A stretch of DNA of 64,000 nucleotides from Escherichia coli (GCF_022846255.1 NZ_AP025682.1), one strand, 5' to 3'. Numbered from the stretch's first letter, positions 42,677-53,875 are shown. Program-made: numbers and translations. The notes: generated by a model from the sequence alone, not told the origin.

Positions 42677-45600
42677 TTACGCCTTCTCGATGTTGACTAA
42701 GAACGCTTTATATTCCGGCGTTTGCGAGTTTGCATCACCGACATTCGGCGTCAGAGTGTTAGCGATATAACCTTTACGCGCGACACCCTCAAAGCCCCAG
42801 TGGATCGGAATACCCACCGTTTCAACCTGCTGACCGTTTACATTCAGCGGTTTCAGACGGCGCGTTACCACCGCCACCGCGCGGATAAAGCCACGCTTGC
42901 TTGAGACAGTGACACGATCGCCATTATTAATGCCTTTCGCCGCCGCCAGCGTTTCGCTGATTTCCACAAACTGTTCCGGCTGAGCAATTGCGTTGAGCAA
43001 CGCGTGCTTGGTCCAGGTGTGGAAGTGCTCGGTCAGACGATAGGTCGTACCCACATACGGGAACTGCTCTTTTTTACCCATCCGCAGCGCGTCTTGTTCA
43101 TACAGACGAACGACCGGGTTAGACACCACGTTCGGATGCAGCGGGTTAGTGCCCAGCGGCGTTTCAATCGGCTCGTAGTGTTCCGGGAACGGACCTTCCG
43201 CCATTTTGTTGATGGCAAACAGGCGTCCCATCCCTTCCGGCTGCATGATAAACGGTCCGGTTGGTGTACCTGGCGCGGCATTGCCGAAGTCCGGAATATC
43301 GTTACCCGTCCACTTGCTGCCGTTCCACTGAATCAGCATCCGTTTCGGATCCCACGGTTTACCGTTGATATCCGCCGAAGCACGGTTGTAGAGTACGCGA
43401 CGGTTGAGCGGCCACGCCCAGGCCCATCCCAGCGTATTCCCCAGACCAGATGGGTCAGAGTTATCGCGGTTAGCCATCTGGTTGCCCTGCTCTGTCCAGC
43501 TACCGGTGTAGATCCAGCAAGACGATGCGGTTGTACCGTCATCACGCAGATGCGCAAAGCTACTCAGCAACTGACCTTTCTTCGCAATCAGCACGCCATT
43601 GGCATCATAGAGATCTTCCAGCGCGTAGCCGTTGTTCTCTTTCGCTACTTCGTCAGATTGCGGTTCGTGCGGCTGCTTGTAGTTCCAGCTCATCTTCATC
43701 AGCGGTTCTACGCCTTTACCACCCTCGGCCTGGTACAGCTCGCGCAGATGATGGTAGATACCCGCCAGAATTTCGCCGTCGTTACGTGCTTCGCCCGGCG
43801 CGTCCTGACCTTTCCAGTGCCACTGCAACCAGCGACCGGAGTTAGCGATAGAACCATCTTCTTCAGCAAAGCAGGTCGAAGGCAGACGGAATACTTCAGT
43901 CTGAATAGATGCCGGATCGACATCGTTCGACTCGCCGTGGTTCTGCCAGAAGGTAGAGGTTTCAGTCACCAGCGGATCGATAACCACCATGTACTTCAGT
44001 TTGCTCAGGCAGCTCACCACTTTGTTTTTGTCCGGGAAGGACGCAACCGGGTTAAAGCCCTGGCAGAAATAACCGGTGACTTTGCCTTCGTCCATCATGT
44101 TGAAATACTTGATGACGTCGTAGGTCTGGTCCCACTTCGGCAGCCAGTCGTAGCCCCAGTTGTTCTCTTTCTGCGCGGCATCGCCGTAGAAAGATTTCAT
44201 CAGGCTAACGAAAAACTTCGGATAGTTGCTCCAGTAGTTCACCTGATCAGCCAGCGTCGCTTTCGGCGTGTTCGCTTCCAGATACGACTGCAAATCAACC
44301 TGTTTTTCTGACGGCAGCGTCAGATAACCTGGCAGGCTGGTAGAGAGCAGGCCTAAGTCAGTCAGGCCCTGAATGTTGGAGTGACCACGCAATGCGTTCA
44401 CGCCGCCACCGGCCATACCCATGTTACCGAGCAGCAACTGGATCATCGCCATCGTACGGATGTTCTGCGCACCCACGGTGTGCTGCGTCCAGCCCAGCGC
44501 GTACAGGAAGGTGGTTGTGCGATCCGGTGCGCTGGTGGAGGCCAGCACTTCACACACTTTCAGGAAGTCGGCTTTTGGCGTACCGCAAATGTTTTCTACT
44601 ACGTCCGGCGTGTAGCGGGAAACGTGCGCTTTCAGCAGATTCCATACACAGCGCGGATGAGTCAGCGTGTCATCGCGTTTCGCATAGCCGTTTTCATCGA
44701 ACTGATAGTTCCAGGACGACTTATCGTATTGACGTTTTTCAGCGTCGTAGCCGCTGAACAGACCGTCTTCGAAAGCAAAATCATCACGCACCAGCAGGCT
44801 GGCGTTGGTGTAATGCTTAACGTATTCGGCGTTGATTTTGTTGTTTTCGATCAGGTAGCGCAAAACGCCAGACAGGAACGTAATGTCCGTACCGGAACGA
44901 ATAGGTGCGTAAATATCCGCCACAGAAGCGGTACGCGTAAAACGGGGATCGACAACGATCAAGGTTGCATCGTTGTTGTTTTTCGCTTCCATCGCCCAGC
45001 GGAAACCGACGGGATGCGCTTCAGCAGCGTTACCGCCCATCACCATTACGACGTTAGCGTTTTTGATATCCACCCAGTGGTTGGTCATCGCACCGCGACC
45101 AAATGTTGGAGCAAGACTTGCTACCGTTGGTCCGTGTCAGACGCGCGCCTGGTTGTCTACCGCCAGCATCCCGAGGGAGCGGGCAAATTTTTGAGTCAGC
45201 ATCCCGGTTTCGTTGCTGGCACCGGAAGCACACAGCATACCGGTAGAAAGCCAACGGTTTACCGTTACGCCCTGCTCGTTCTTTTCAATAAAGTTAGCGT
45301 CACGGTCGGCTTTCATCAGCTTCGCAATACGGGAGAATGCTTCTTCCCAGCTAATGCGCTGCCATTTGTCAGAACCTGGCGCACGATATTCCGGGTAGCG
45401 CAGACGGTTTTCGCTGTTGACGTAATCCAGCAAACCGGCCCCTTTCGGGCACAGCGCACCACGGCTTACCGGATGATCCGGGTCACCTTCAATGTGATAA
45501 ATCGCTTCTCTGGCGTTTTTCGCGCCATCACCCAGGCTATACATCAATAGCCCGCAACCTACGGAACAGTATGTGCAGGTGTTACGGATCTCTTTCGCGC

Positions 45601-45724
45601 GTAATAATTTGTAGTTTCGCGCCTGAGCCAGTGCTTGCTTCGGGGCAAAGCCCAATGCTGCTACTGTTGTTCCCGCCATACCGCCCGCGCAGATTTTAAA
45701 AAATTGTCTGCGACTGACGTCCAT
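42677..45724 (-). CDS. fdnG: Formate dehydrogenase-N alpha subunit, selenocysteine-containing (TGA at 45137..45139 read as Sec)
   Basis: Two ORF-track pieces (195 aa and 803 aa) are in one frame separated only by TGA; context …VDNQARV-U-HGPTVASLAPTFGRGAMTNHW…; Tat signal MDVSRRQFFKICAGG at N-terminus. Confidence 0.95.
45090..45139 (-). other. Selenocysteine UGA codon plus downstream SECIS stem-loop region in fdnG mRNA
   Basis: In-frame TGA at 45137..45139 (minus strand) inside an otherwise uninterrupted 1016-codon frame; bacterial SECIS lies immediately 3' of the UGA. Confidence 0.85.
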
Positions 45725-45788
45725 TGCTTTCCTCTTTTTTCAGGGGTATTACTGCGCGAGGAAACTAACAGTAAAATTCTGAATCTTT

Positions 45789-45802
45789 TTGCGCGAAATC
45801 AA
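45789..45802 (-). promoter_or_regulatory. Putative FNR half-site pair in fdnG promoter
   Basis: TTGCG-CGAA-ATCAA, partial match to TTGAT-N4-ATCAA; position relative to the transcription start not determinable here. Confidence 0.4.
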
Positions 45803-45849
45803 AAAGAACACGTGTTTGCCACAAAATAATCCTCCTGCGCAAATTGACC

Positions 45850-45865
45850 TACCTCAATAGCGGTA
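45850..45865 (-). promoter_or_regulatory. NarL 7-2-7 heptamer pair upstream of fdnG
   Basis: TACCTCA-AT-AGCGGTA, inverted TACYYMT heptamers with 2-bp spacer, ~130 bp upstream of the fdnG start codon. Confidence 0.6.
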
Positions 45866-45956
45866 GAAAAACGCACCACTGCCTGACAGGCCAGTTAAAA
45901 AAAATGCTATAAAATTCAGCTTAATTTTTAACGGCAAGAGAGACAAAACAGCGAGC

Positions 45957-46838
45957 ATGACACGACAAAAAGCAACGCTCATAGGGCTAATAGCGATCGT
46001 CCTGTGGAGCACGATGGTAGGATTGATTCGCGGTGTCAGTGAGGGACTCGGCCCGGTCGGCGGCGCAGCTGCTATCTATTCATTAAGCGGGCTGCTGTTA
46101 ATCTTCACGGTTGGATTTCCGCGTATTCGGCAGATCCCGAAAGGCTATTTACTCGCCGGGAGTCTGTTATTCGTCAGCTATGAAATCTGTCTGGCGCTTT
46201 CCTTAGGGTATGCGGCGACCCGTCATCAGGCGATTGAAGTGGGGATGGTGAACTATCTGTGGCCCAGCCTGACAATTCTCTTTGCCATTCTGTTTAATGG
46301 TCAGAAAACCAACTGGCTGATTGTACCAGGATTATTATTAGCCCTGGTCGGCGTCTGCTGGGTGTTAGGCGGTGACAATGGGTTACATTATGATCAAATT
46401 ATTAATAATATCACCACCAGCCCATTGAGTTATTTCCTGGCGTTCATTGGGGCGTTTATCTGGGCAGCCTACTGCACAGTAACGAATAAATACGCACGCG
46501 GATTTAACGGAATTACCGTTTTTGTCCTGCTAACGGGAGCAAGTCTGTGGGTTTACTATTTTCTTACGCCACAACCAGAAATGGTATTTAGCACGCCCGT
46601 CATGATTAAACTCATCTCTGCGGCATTTACCTTAGGATTTGCTTATGCTGCATGGAATGTCGGTATATTACATGGCAACGTCACCATAATGGCGGTAGGT
46701 TCGTATTTTACGCCCGTCCTTTCCTCAGCGCTTGCAGCCGTGCTGCTCAGCGCCCCGCTGTCGTTCTCGTTCTGGCAAGGCGCGCTAATGGTCTGCGGCG
46801 GTTCCCTGCTCTGCTGGCTGGCGACACGTCGTGGCTAA
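45957..46838 (+). CDS. yddG: Aromatic amino acid exporter (DMT family)
   Basis: 293 aa, ten predicted TM segments. Confidence 0.92.
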   Translation: MTRQKATLIGLIAIVLWSTMVGLIRGVSEGLGPVGGAAAIYSLSGLLLIFTVGFPRIRQIPKGYLLAGSLLFVSYEICLALSLGYAATRHQAIEVGMVNYLWPSLTILFAILFNGQKTNWLIVPGLLLALVGVCWVLGGDNGLHYDQIINNITTSPLSYFLAFIGAFIWAAYCTVTNKYARGFNGITVFVLLTGASLWVYYFLTPQPEMVFSTPVMIKLISAAFTLGFAYAAWNVGILHGNVTIMAVGSYFTPVLSSALAAVLLSAPLSFSFWQGALMVCGGSLLCWLATRRG

Positions 46839-47110
46839 AATAATTGTCGGGTCTACGGCCCGGCAGTTAATCAGATAAATTCTGACAATATTAAAAAATA
46901 AATTTCAAATACCAGAAAGTCATTTTAGTTACATTTAGTAACACATATCTGTCTGTTTATTCCACATTCTGCCCCCGCAGTTACGCTTTCTTATCTATTC
47001 TTCTAATCAGCACTTCACCTGATTCATCCTTAATTCTAATAACTGGCTATTGCGCCTTACCTCCTGTTTTGTCTTTTTTTCATTACCAATGTGTGCATGT
47101 GAGGAACAAT

Positions 47111-48499
47111 ATGGCACTGCAAAATGAGAAAAATAGTCGTTATCTTTTACGCGACTGGAAACCAGAAAATCCGGCCTTCTGGGAAAATAAAGGAAAGCAT
47201 ATTGCACGAAGAAACCTCTGGATATCAGTCAGTTGCCTACTTCTTGCCTTCTGTGTCTGGATGCTATTTAGCGCAGTTACTGTTAATCTCAATAAAATCG
47301 GTTTTAATTTCACTACCGATCAACTCTTTTTATTAACCGCATTACCCTCCGTTTCTGGCGCATTATTGCGTGTCCCCTACTCCTTTATGGTGCCTATATT
47401 CGGTGGACGCCGATGGACGGTTTTTAGTACTGCAATCCTGATTATTCCTTGCGTCTGGCTCGGAATTGCCGTGCAAAATCCGAATACCCCTTTTGGGATA
47501 TTTATCGTTATCGCTTTGCTATGCGGTTTTGCAGGTGCGAACTTTGCTTCGAGCATGGGCAATATCAGTTTCTTCTTTCCAAAAGCCAAACAAGGGAGCG
47601 CTCTTGGGATTAATGGCGGATTAGGAAACTTAGGTGTAAGTGTGATGCAGCTGGTTGCACCGCTGGTCATTTTTGTCCCCGTATTTGCCTTTCTCGGCGT
47701 CAATGGCGTACCGCAGGCCGACGGTTCGGTGATGTCGCTGGCGAATGCCGCATGGATTTGGGTGCCATTACTGGCGATTGCCACGATCGCCGCCTGGTCA
47801 GGGATGAATGATATCGCCAGTTCACGCGCCTCAATTGCCGACCAGCTCCCTGTCTTGCAACGCCTGCATCTCTGGCTGCTGAGCCTGCTTTATCTTGCCA
47901 CCTTCGGTTCGTTTATCGGTTTTTCTGCGGGTTTTGCCATGCTGGCAAAAACCCAGTTCCCGGATGTGAATATTCTGCGCCTGGCGTTCTTTGGCCCATT
48001 TATCGGTGCCATCGCGCGATCGGTTGGTGGTGCTATTTCCGATAAATTCGGCGGCGTGCGGGTGACGTTGATCAACTTCATTTTTATGGCGATTTTCAGC
48101 GCCCTGCTGTTCCTTACCTTACCGGGCACAGGCTCCGGTAATTTCATCGCATTTTACGCCGTATTTATGGGGCTGTTTCTGACCGCGGGTCTGGGAAGTG
48201 GTTCTACTTTCCAGATGATCGCCGTCATCTTTCGCCAGATAACAATTTATCGGGTGAAGATGAAAGGCGGTAGTGATGAGCAAGCTCAAAGAGAAGCCGT
48301 CACCGAAACGGCAGCCGCTCTGGGCTTTATCTCAGCCATTGGCGCAGTGGGCGGCTTTTTTATTCCGCAGGCGTTTGGCATGTCGCTCAATATGACCGGC
48401 TCTCCGGTGGGCGCGATGAAAGTGTTTTTAATCTTCTACATCGTTTGTGTGCTACTGACCTGGCTGGTTTATGGTCGGCGGAAGTTCAGCCAAAAATAA
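47111..48499 (+). CDS. narU: Nitrate/nitrite transporter (MFS)
   Basis: 462 aa from MALQNEKNSRYLLRDWKPENPAFWE…. Confidence 0.93.
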   Translation: MALQNEKNSRYLLRDWKPENPAFWENKGKHIARRNLWISVSCLLLAFCVWMLFSAVTVNLNKIGFNFTTDQLFLLTALPSVSGALLRVPYSFMVPIFGGRRWTVFSTAILIIPCVWLGIAVQNPNTPFGIFIVIALLCGFAGANFASSMGNISFFFPKAKQGSALGINGGLGNLGVSVMQLVAPLVIFVPVFAFLGVNGVPQADGSVMSLANAAWIWVPLLAIATIAAWSGMNDIASSRASIADQLPVLQRLHLWLLSLLYLATFGSFIGFSAGFAMLAKTQFPDVNILRLAFFGPFIGAIARSVGGAISDKFGGVRVTLINFIFMAIFSALLFLTLPGTGSGNFIAFYAVFMGLFLTAGLGSGSTFQMIAVIFRQITIYRVKMKGGSDEQAQREAVTETAAALGFISAIGAVGGFFIPQAFGMSLNMTGSPVGAMKVFLIFYIVCVLLTWLVYGRRKFSQK

Positions 48500-48504
48500 G
48501 AGAT

Positions 48505-48560
48505 CGATGCCTGACACGTCTTATCAGGCTACAACCGTGTCTCATCCGACAAGGCATCAG
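48505..48560. repeat. REP-like element between narU and narZ
   Basis: gatgcctgacacgtcttatcaggctac resembles REP half-site. Confidence 0.45.
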
Positions 48561-48593
48561 ATCCCAATTCATTCCTGGAGCAGGAGTTATGTC

Positions 48594-51500
48594 ATGAGTA
48601 AACTTTTGGATCGCTTTCGCTACTTCAAACAAAAGGGCGAAACCTTTGCCGATGGTCACGGACAGGTGATGCATAGCAACCGCGACTGGGAGGACAGCTA
48701 TCGCCAGCGTTGGCAGTTCGACAAAATCGTGCGTTCCACCCACGGTGTTAACTGTACAGGCTCCTGCAGCTGGAAAATCTACGTTAAAAATGGTCTGGTG
48801 ACCTGGGAAATCCAACAGACCGACTACCCGCGCACTCGCCCTGACCTGCCAAATCATGAACCTCGCGGCTGCCCGCGTGGCGCAAGTTACTCCTGGTATC
48901 TCTACAGCGCTAACCGCCTGAAATACCCGCTCATTCGTAAACGACTGATTGAACTGTGGCGCGAAGCCCTCAAACAACACAGCGATCCGGTACTGGCGTG
49001 GGCATCGATTATGAACGATCCGCAAAAGAGCCTGAGCTACAAACAAGTGCGTGGACGCGGTGGCTTTATCCGCTCCAACTGGCAGGAGCTAAATCAGCTG
49101 ATTGCCGCCGCTAACGTCTGGACCATCAAAACTTACGGCCCGGATCGCGTTGCCGGTTTCTCGCCGATTCCGGCGATGTCGATGGTTTCTTACGCCGCCG
49201 GAACACGCTATCTGTCGTTGTTAGGTGGCACCTGTTTAAGCTTCTACGACTGGTATTGCGACCTGCCGCCCGCCTCGCCGATGACCTGGGGCGAGCAAAC
49301 CGACGTACCGGAATCTGCCGACTGGTATAACTCCAGTTACATCATCGCCTGGGGGTCTAACGTACCGCAGACACGTACGCCGGACGCCCATTTCTTTACC
49401 GAAGTACGCTACAAAGGCACTAAAACCATCGCCATTACCCCTGACTACTCTGAAGTGGCCAAATTGTGCGACCAGTGGCTGGCACCGAAACAAGGCACTG
49501 ATAGTGCCCTGGCAATGGCAATGGGCCATGTCATTTTAAAAGAGTTTCATCTCGATAATCCCAGCGATTATTTTATCAACTACTGCCGCCGCTACAGCGA
49601 CATGCCGATGCTGGTAATGCTGGAACCTCGCGACGACGGCAGCTACGTTCCCGGGCGCATGGTCCGCGCATCTGACCTGGTGGATGGACTGGGCGAAAGC
49701 AATAATCCGCAGTGGAAAACCGTGGCAGTTAATACCGCAGGTGAATTGGTAGTGCCGAACGGTTCGATTGGTTTTCGCTGGGGAGAAAAAGGCAAATGGA
49801 ACCTGGAATCCATTGCCGCCGGTACGGAAACCGAATTGTCGTTAACCCTGCTCGGTCAACATGACGCCGTTGCAGGCGTGGCCTTCCCCTACTTTGGCGG
49901 CATTGAAAATCCACATTTTCGCAGCGTAAAACACAATCCTGTCCTGGTGCGCCAATTGCCCGTTAAAAACCTGACATTAGCCGATGGTAGCACCTGTCCG
50001 GTGGTCAGCGTTTATGATTTGGTACTGGCGAATTACGGCCTCGATCGCGGGCTGGAAGATGAAAACAGCGCGAAAGATTACGCTGAAATCAAACCTTATA
50101 CCCCTGCCTGGGGCGAGCAAATTACCGGCGTTCCGCGCCAGTATATTGAAACCATCGCCCGTGAATTTGCCGATACCGCCCATAAAACGCATGGGCGCTC
50201 GATGATTATTCTCGGCGCAGGTGTTAACCACTGGTATCACATGGACATGAACTACCGCGGGATGATCAATATGCTGATCTTCTGCGGTTGTGTCGGGCAA
50301 AGCGGTGGCGGCTGGGCACACTATGTCGGTCAGGAAAAACTGCGCCCGCAAACCGGCTGGCTGCCTCTGGCCTTTGCGCTCGACTGGAACCGACCACCGC
50401 GCCAGATGAACAGCACCTCGTTTTTCTACAATCACTCCAGCCAGTGGCGCTATGAAAAAGTCACCGCGCAGGAATTGCTCTCACCGCTCGCCGATGCCAG
50501 TAAATACAGCGGTCACCTGATTGATTTCAACGTTCGCGCCGAACGTATGGGCTGGCTACCTTCTGCGCCGCAGCTGGGGCGTAACCCGCTCTCCCTGAAA
50601 GCCGAAGCCGACAAGGCCGGATTGTCACCCGCCGAATTTACCGTCCAGGCACTGAAGTCAGGCGAATTACGCATGGCCTGCGAACAGCCGGACAACGGCA
50701 GCAACCATCCGCGTAACCTGTTTGTCTGGCGTTCAAACCTGCTTGGCTCTTCCGGCAAGGGCCACGAGTATATGCAGAAGTATCTGCTGGGTACGAAAAG
50801 TGGCATTCAGGGGGAAGAACTTGGACCGACGGAGGGAATCCAACCAGAAGAAGTCGAGTGGCAAACTGCGGCGATTGAAGGCAAGCTCGACCTGCTGGTG
50901 ACGCTCGACTTCCGCATGTCCAGTACCTGCCTGTTCTCCGATATCGTTCTGCCCACCGCCACCTGGTACGAAAAAGACGATATGAATACCTCGGATATGC
51001 ATCCATTTATTCATCCGCTTTCTGCGGCGGTCGATCCGGCGTGGGAATCACGCAGCGACTGGGAAATCTACAAAGGTATCGCTAAAGCCTTTTCGCAAGT
51101 GTGCATAGGGCATCTCGGCAAAGAAACCGACGTGGTATTACAACCACTGCTGCATGACTCCCCGGCAGAGCTTTCACAGCCGTGTGAAGTGCTCGACTGG
51201 CGCAAAGGTGAATGCGATCTGATTCCAGGCAAAACCGCGCCGAATATTGTGGCGGTGGAGCGCGACTACCCTGCTACCTATGAACGCTTTACCTCACTCG
51301 GGCCATTGATGGACAAACTTGGCAACGGCGGTAAAGGGATTTCGTGGAATACCCAGGATGAAATTGATTTCCTCGGTAAACTCAATTACACCAAGCGTGA
51401 TGGCCCGGCAAAGGGGCGTCCGCTGATTGACACCGCCATTGACGCATCAGAAGTGATTCTGGCACTGGCACCGGAAACCAACGGCCATGTTGCAGTCAAA

Positions 51501-52334
51501 GCGTGGCAAGCGCTGGGCGAGATCACCGGACGCGAACATACCCATCTGGCGCTGCACAAAGAGGACGAGAAGATTCGCTTTCGCGATATTCAGGCGCAGC
51601 CGCGTAAAATTATCTCCAGCCCCACATGGTCTGGTCTGGAAAGCGATCACGTTTCCTATAACGCGGGATACACCAACGTTCATGAGTTAATTCCGTGGCG
51701 CACGCTGTCAGGACGCCAGCAACTCTATCAGGATCATCCGTGGATGCGTGCTTTTGGTGAAAGTCTGGTGGCTTATCGCCCGCCTATCGACACCCGTAGC
51801 GTCAGTGAAATGCGCCAGATACCGCCAAACGGCTTCCCGGAGAAAGCCCTTAACTTCCTGACGCCGCACCAGAAATGGGGCATTCACTCAACCTACAGTG
51901 AAAACCTGCTAATGCTGACGCTCTCTCGCGGTGGACCGATTGTCTGGCTCAGCGAAACCGATGCCCGTGAACTGACCATTGTCGATAACGACTGGGTGGA
52001 AGTGTTTAACGCCAATGGCGCGCTGACTGCCCGCGCGGTGGTCAGCCAGCGTGTACCGCCGGGCATGACCATGATGTATCACGCTCAGGAACGCATTATG
52101 AATATTCCTGGTTCGGAAGTAACTGGCATGCGCGGCGGCATTCATAACTCGGTCACCCGCGTTTGTCCGAAACCAACGCATATGATTGGCGGTTACGCGC
52201 AGCTGGCCTGGGGCTTTAACTACTACGGCACCGTCGGCTCAAACCGCGACGAATTCATCATGATCCGCAAGATGAAGAACGTTAACTGGCTGGATGATGA
52301 AGGTCGCGATCAGGTACAGGAGGCGAAAAAATGA
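48594..52334 (+). CDS. narZ: Respiratory nitrate reductase Z alpha subunit
   Basis: 1246 aa from MSKLLDRFRYFKQKGETFADGHGQ…. Confidence 0.95.
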   Translation: MSKLLDRFRYFKQKGETFADGHGQVMHSNRDWEDSYRQRWQFDKIVRSTHGVNCTGSCSWKIYVKNGLVTWEIQQTDYPRTRPDLPNHEPRGCPRGASYSWYLYSANRLKYPLIRKRLIELWREALKQHSDPVLAWASIMNDPQKSLSYKQVRGRGGFIRSNWQELNQLIAAANVWTIKTYGPDRVAGFSPIPAMSMVSYAAGTRYLSLLGGTCLSFYDWYCDLPPASPMTWGEQTDVPESADWYNSSYIIAWGSNVPQTRTPDAHFFTEVRYKGTKTIAITPDYSEVAKLCDQWLAPKQGTDSALAMAMGHVILKEFHLDNPSDYFINYCRRYSDMPMLVMLEPRDDGSYVPGRMVRASDLVDGLGESNNPQWKTVAVNTAGELVVPNGSIGFRWGEKGKWNLESIAAGTETELSLTLLGQHDAVAGVAFPYFGGIENPHFRSVKHNPVLVRQLPVKNLTLADGSTCPVVSVYDLVLANYGLDRGLEDENSAKDYAEIKPYTPAWGEQITGVPRQYIETIAREFADTAHKTHGRSMIILGAGVNHWYHMDMNYRGMINMLIFCGCVGQSGGGWAHYVGQEKLRPQTGWLPLAFALDWNRPPRQMNSTSFFYNHSSQWRYEKVTAQELLSPLADASKYSGHLIDFNVRAERMGWLPSAPQLGRNPLSLKAEADKAGLSPAEFTVQALKSGELRMACEQPDNGSNHPRNLFVWRSNLLGSSGKGHEYMQKYLLGTKSGIQGEELGPTEGIQPEEVEWQTAAIEGKLDLLVTLDFRMSSTCLFSDIVLPTATWYEKDDMNTSDMHPFIHPLSAAVDPAWESRSDWEIYKGIAKAFSQVCIGHLGKETDVVLQPLLHDSPAELSQPCEVLDWRKGECDLIPGKTAPNIVAVERDYPATYERFTSLGPLMDKLGNGGKGISWNTQDEIDFLGKLNYTKRDGPAKGRPLIDTAIDASEVILALAPETNGHVAVKAWQALGEITGREHTHLALHKEDEKIRFRDIQAQPRKIISSPTWSGLESDHVSYNAGYTNVHELIPWRTLSGRQQLYQDHPWMRAFGESLVAYRPPIDTRSVSEMRQIPPNGFPEKALNFLTPHQKWGIHSTYSENLLMLTLSRGGPIVWLSETDARELTIVDNDWVEVFNANGALTARAVVSQRVPPGMTMMYHAQERIMNIPGSEVTGMRGGIHNSVTRVCPKPTHMIGGYAQLAWGFNYYGTVGSNRDEFIMIRKMKNVNWLDDEGRDQVQEAKK

Positions 52335-53875
52335 AAATACGTTCGCAAGTCGGCATGGTGCTTAACCTCGATAAATGTATCGGCTGCCATACCTGTTCGG
52401 TGACCTGTAAAAACGTCTGGACCGGACGCGAAGGCATGGAGTACGCATGGTTTAACAACGTCGAAACCAAACCGGGCATTGGTTATCCGAAAAACTGGGA
52501 AGATCAGGAAGAGTGGCAAGGCGGCTGGGTGCGTGATGTGAATGGCAAGATCCGCCCGCGTCTGGGCAGCAAGATGGGCGTAATAACCAAAATCTTCGCC
52601 AACCCGGTGGTGCCGCAGATTGATGATTACTACGAACCTTTCACCTTCGACTACGAACATTTGCATAGCGCACCGGAAGGCAAACATATCCCTACTGCTC
52701 GCCCGCGTTCACTGATTGACGGCAAACGGATGGACAAAGTGATCTGGGGGCCAAACTGGGAAGAATTGTTGGGCGGCGAATTCGAAAAACGCGCCCGTGA
52801 CCGCAACTTCGAGGCCATGCAAAAGGAGATGTACGGGCAGTTTGAAAACACCTTCATGATGTACCTGCCGCGCTTGTGCGAACACTGCCTCAATCCCAGT
52901 TGCGTGGCGACCTGCCCAAGCGGCGCTATCTACAAACGCGAAGAAGACGGCATTGTGCTGATCGATCAGGATAAATGCCGTGGCTGGCGTTTGTGCATTA
53001 GCGGTTGTCCGTACAAAAAAATCTACTTCAACTGGAAAAGCGGCAAGTCAGAAAAATGTATCTTCTGTTACCCACGAATTGAGTCAGGCCAACCCACCGT
53101 GTGCTCAGAAACCTGCGTGGGTCGCATCCGGTATCTGGGCGTGCTGCTTTACGACGCCGACCGCATCGAGGAAGCGGCGAGCACCGAGCGCGAAGTTGAC
53201 CTCTATGAACGCCAGTGCGAAGTGTTCCTCGATCCGCACGATCCCTCAGTGATCGAAGAAGCCCTGAAACAAGGTATTCCACAAAACGTGATTGACGCTG
53301 CCCAGCGTTCGCCAGTCTACAAAATGGCAATGGACTGGAAACTGGCGCTACCGCTGCACCCTGAATACCGCACCCTGCCGATGGTCTGGTACGTTCCGCC
53401 GCTGTCACCGATTCAGTCCTACGCTGATGCGGGAGGTTTGCCGAAAAGCGAAGGCGTGCTGCCCGCCATCGAAAGCCTGCGTATTCCGGTGCAATATCTC
53501 GCCAATATGTTGAGTGCCGGTGATACCGGTCCGGTACTGCGGGCGCTGAAACGGATGATGGCGATGCGCCACTATATGCGTTCACAAACCGTGGAAGGCG
53601 TTACTGATACTCGTGCCATCGACGAAGTAGGTCTGAGCGTCGCCCAGGTCGAAGAGATGTATCGTTACCTCGCCATTGCCAACTATGAAGACCGTTTTGT
53701 CATCCCGACAAGCCATCGGGAAATGGCGGGCGATGCCTTCGCAGAACGCAACGGCTGCGGTTTTACCTTTGGCGACGGTTGCCACGGCTCGGACAGCAAA
53801 TTCAACCTGTTCAACAGTAGCCGTATCGATGCCATCAACATCACCGAAGTGCGCGACAAAGCGGAGGGCGAATAA
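52331..53875 (+). CDS. narY: Nitrate reductase Z beta subunit (Fe-S)
   Basis: 514 aa with Cys clusters; 4-bp overlap with narZ. Confidence 0.95.
   Translation: MKIRSQVGMVLNLDKCIGCHTCSVTCKNVWTGREGMEYAWFNNVETKPGIGYPKNWEDQEEWQGGWVRDVNGKIRPRLGSKMGVITKIFANPVVPQIDDYYEPFTFDYEHLHSAPEGKHIPTARPRSLIDGKRMDKVIWGPNWEELLGGEFEKRARDRNFEAMQKEMYGQFENTFMMYLPRLCEHCLNPSCVATCPSGAIYKREEDGIVLIDQDKCRGWRLCISGCPYKKIYFNWKSGKSEKCIFCYPRIESGQPTVCSETCVGRIRYLGVLLYDADRIEEAASTEREVDLYERQCEVFLDPHDPSVIEEALKQGIPQNVIDAAQRSPVYKMAMDWKLALPLHPEYRTLPMVWYVPPLSPIQSYADAGGLPKSEGVLPAIESLRIPVQYLANMLSAGDTGPVLRALKRMMAMRHYMRSQTVEGVTDTRAIDEVGLSVAQVEEMYRYLAIANYEDRFVIPTSHREMAGDAFAERNGCGFTFGDGCHGSDSKFNLFNSSRIDAINITEVRDKAEGE

Noticed and set aside
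43004-45550. Long plus-strand ORFs (435 aa and 389 aa) opposite fdnG, and similar ones opposite fdnH and fdnI (41197..42700)
   Set aside because: They lie antisense to highly conserved, clearly coding genes, are Arg/His-rich low-complexity translations with no ribosome-binding site context; shadow ORFs
42677-45724. fdnG appearing as two separate ORFs (45137..45724 and 42677..45088), suggesting a pseudogene
   Set aside because: Both pieces are in the same frame and separated only by TGA in the known selenocysteine context; this is recoding, not gene decay
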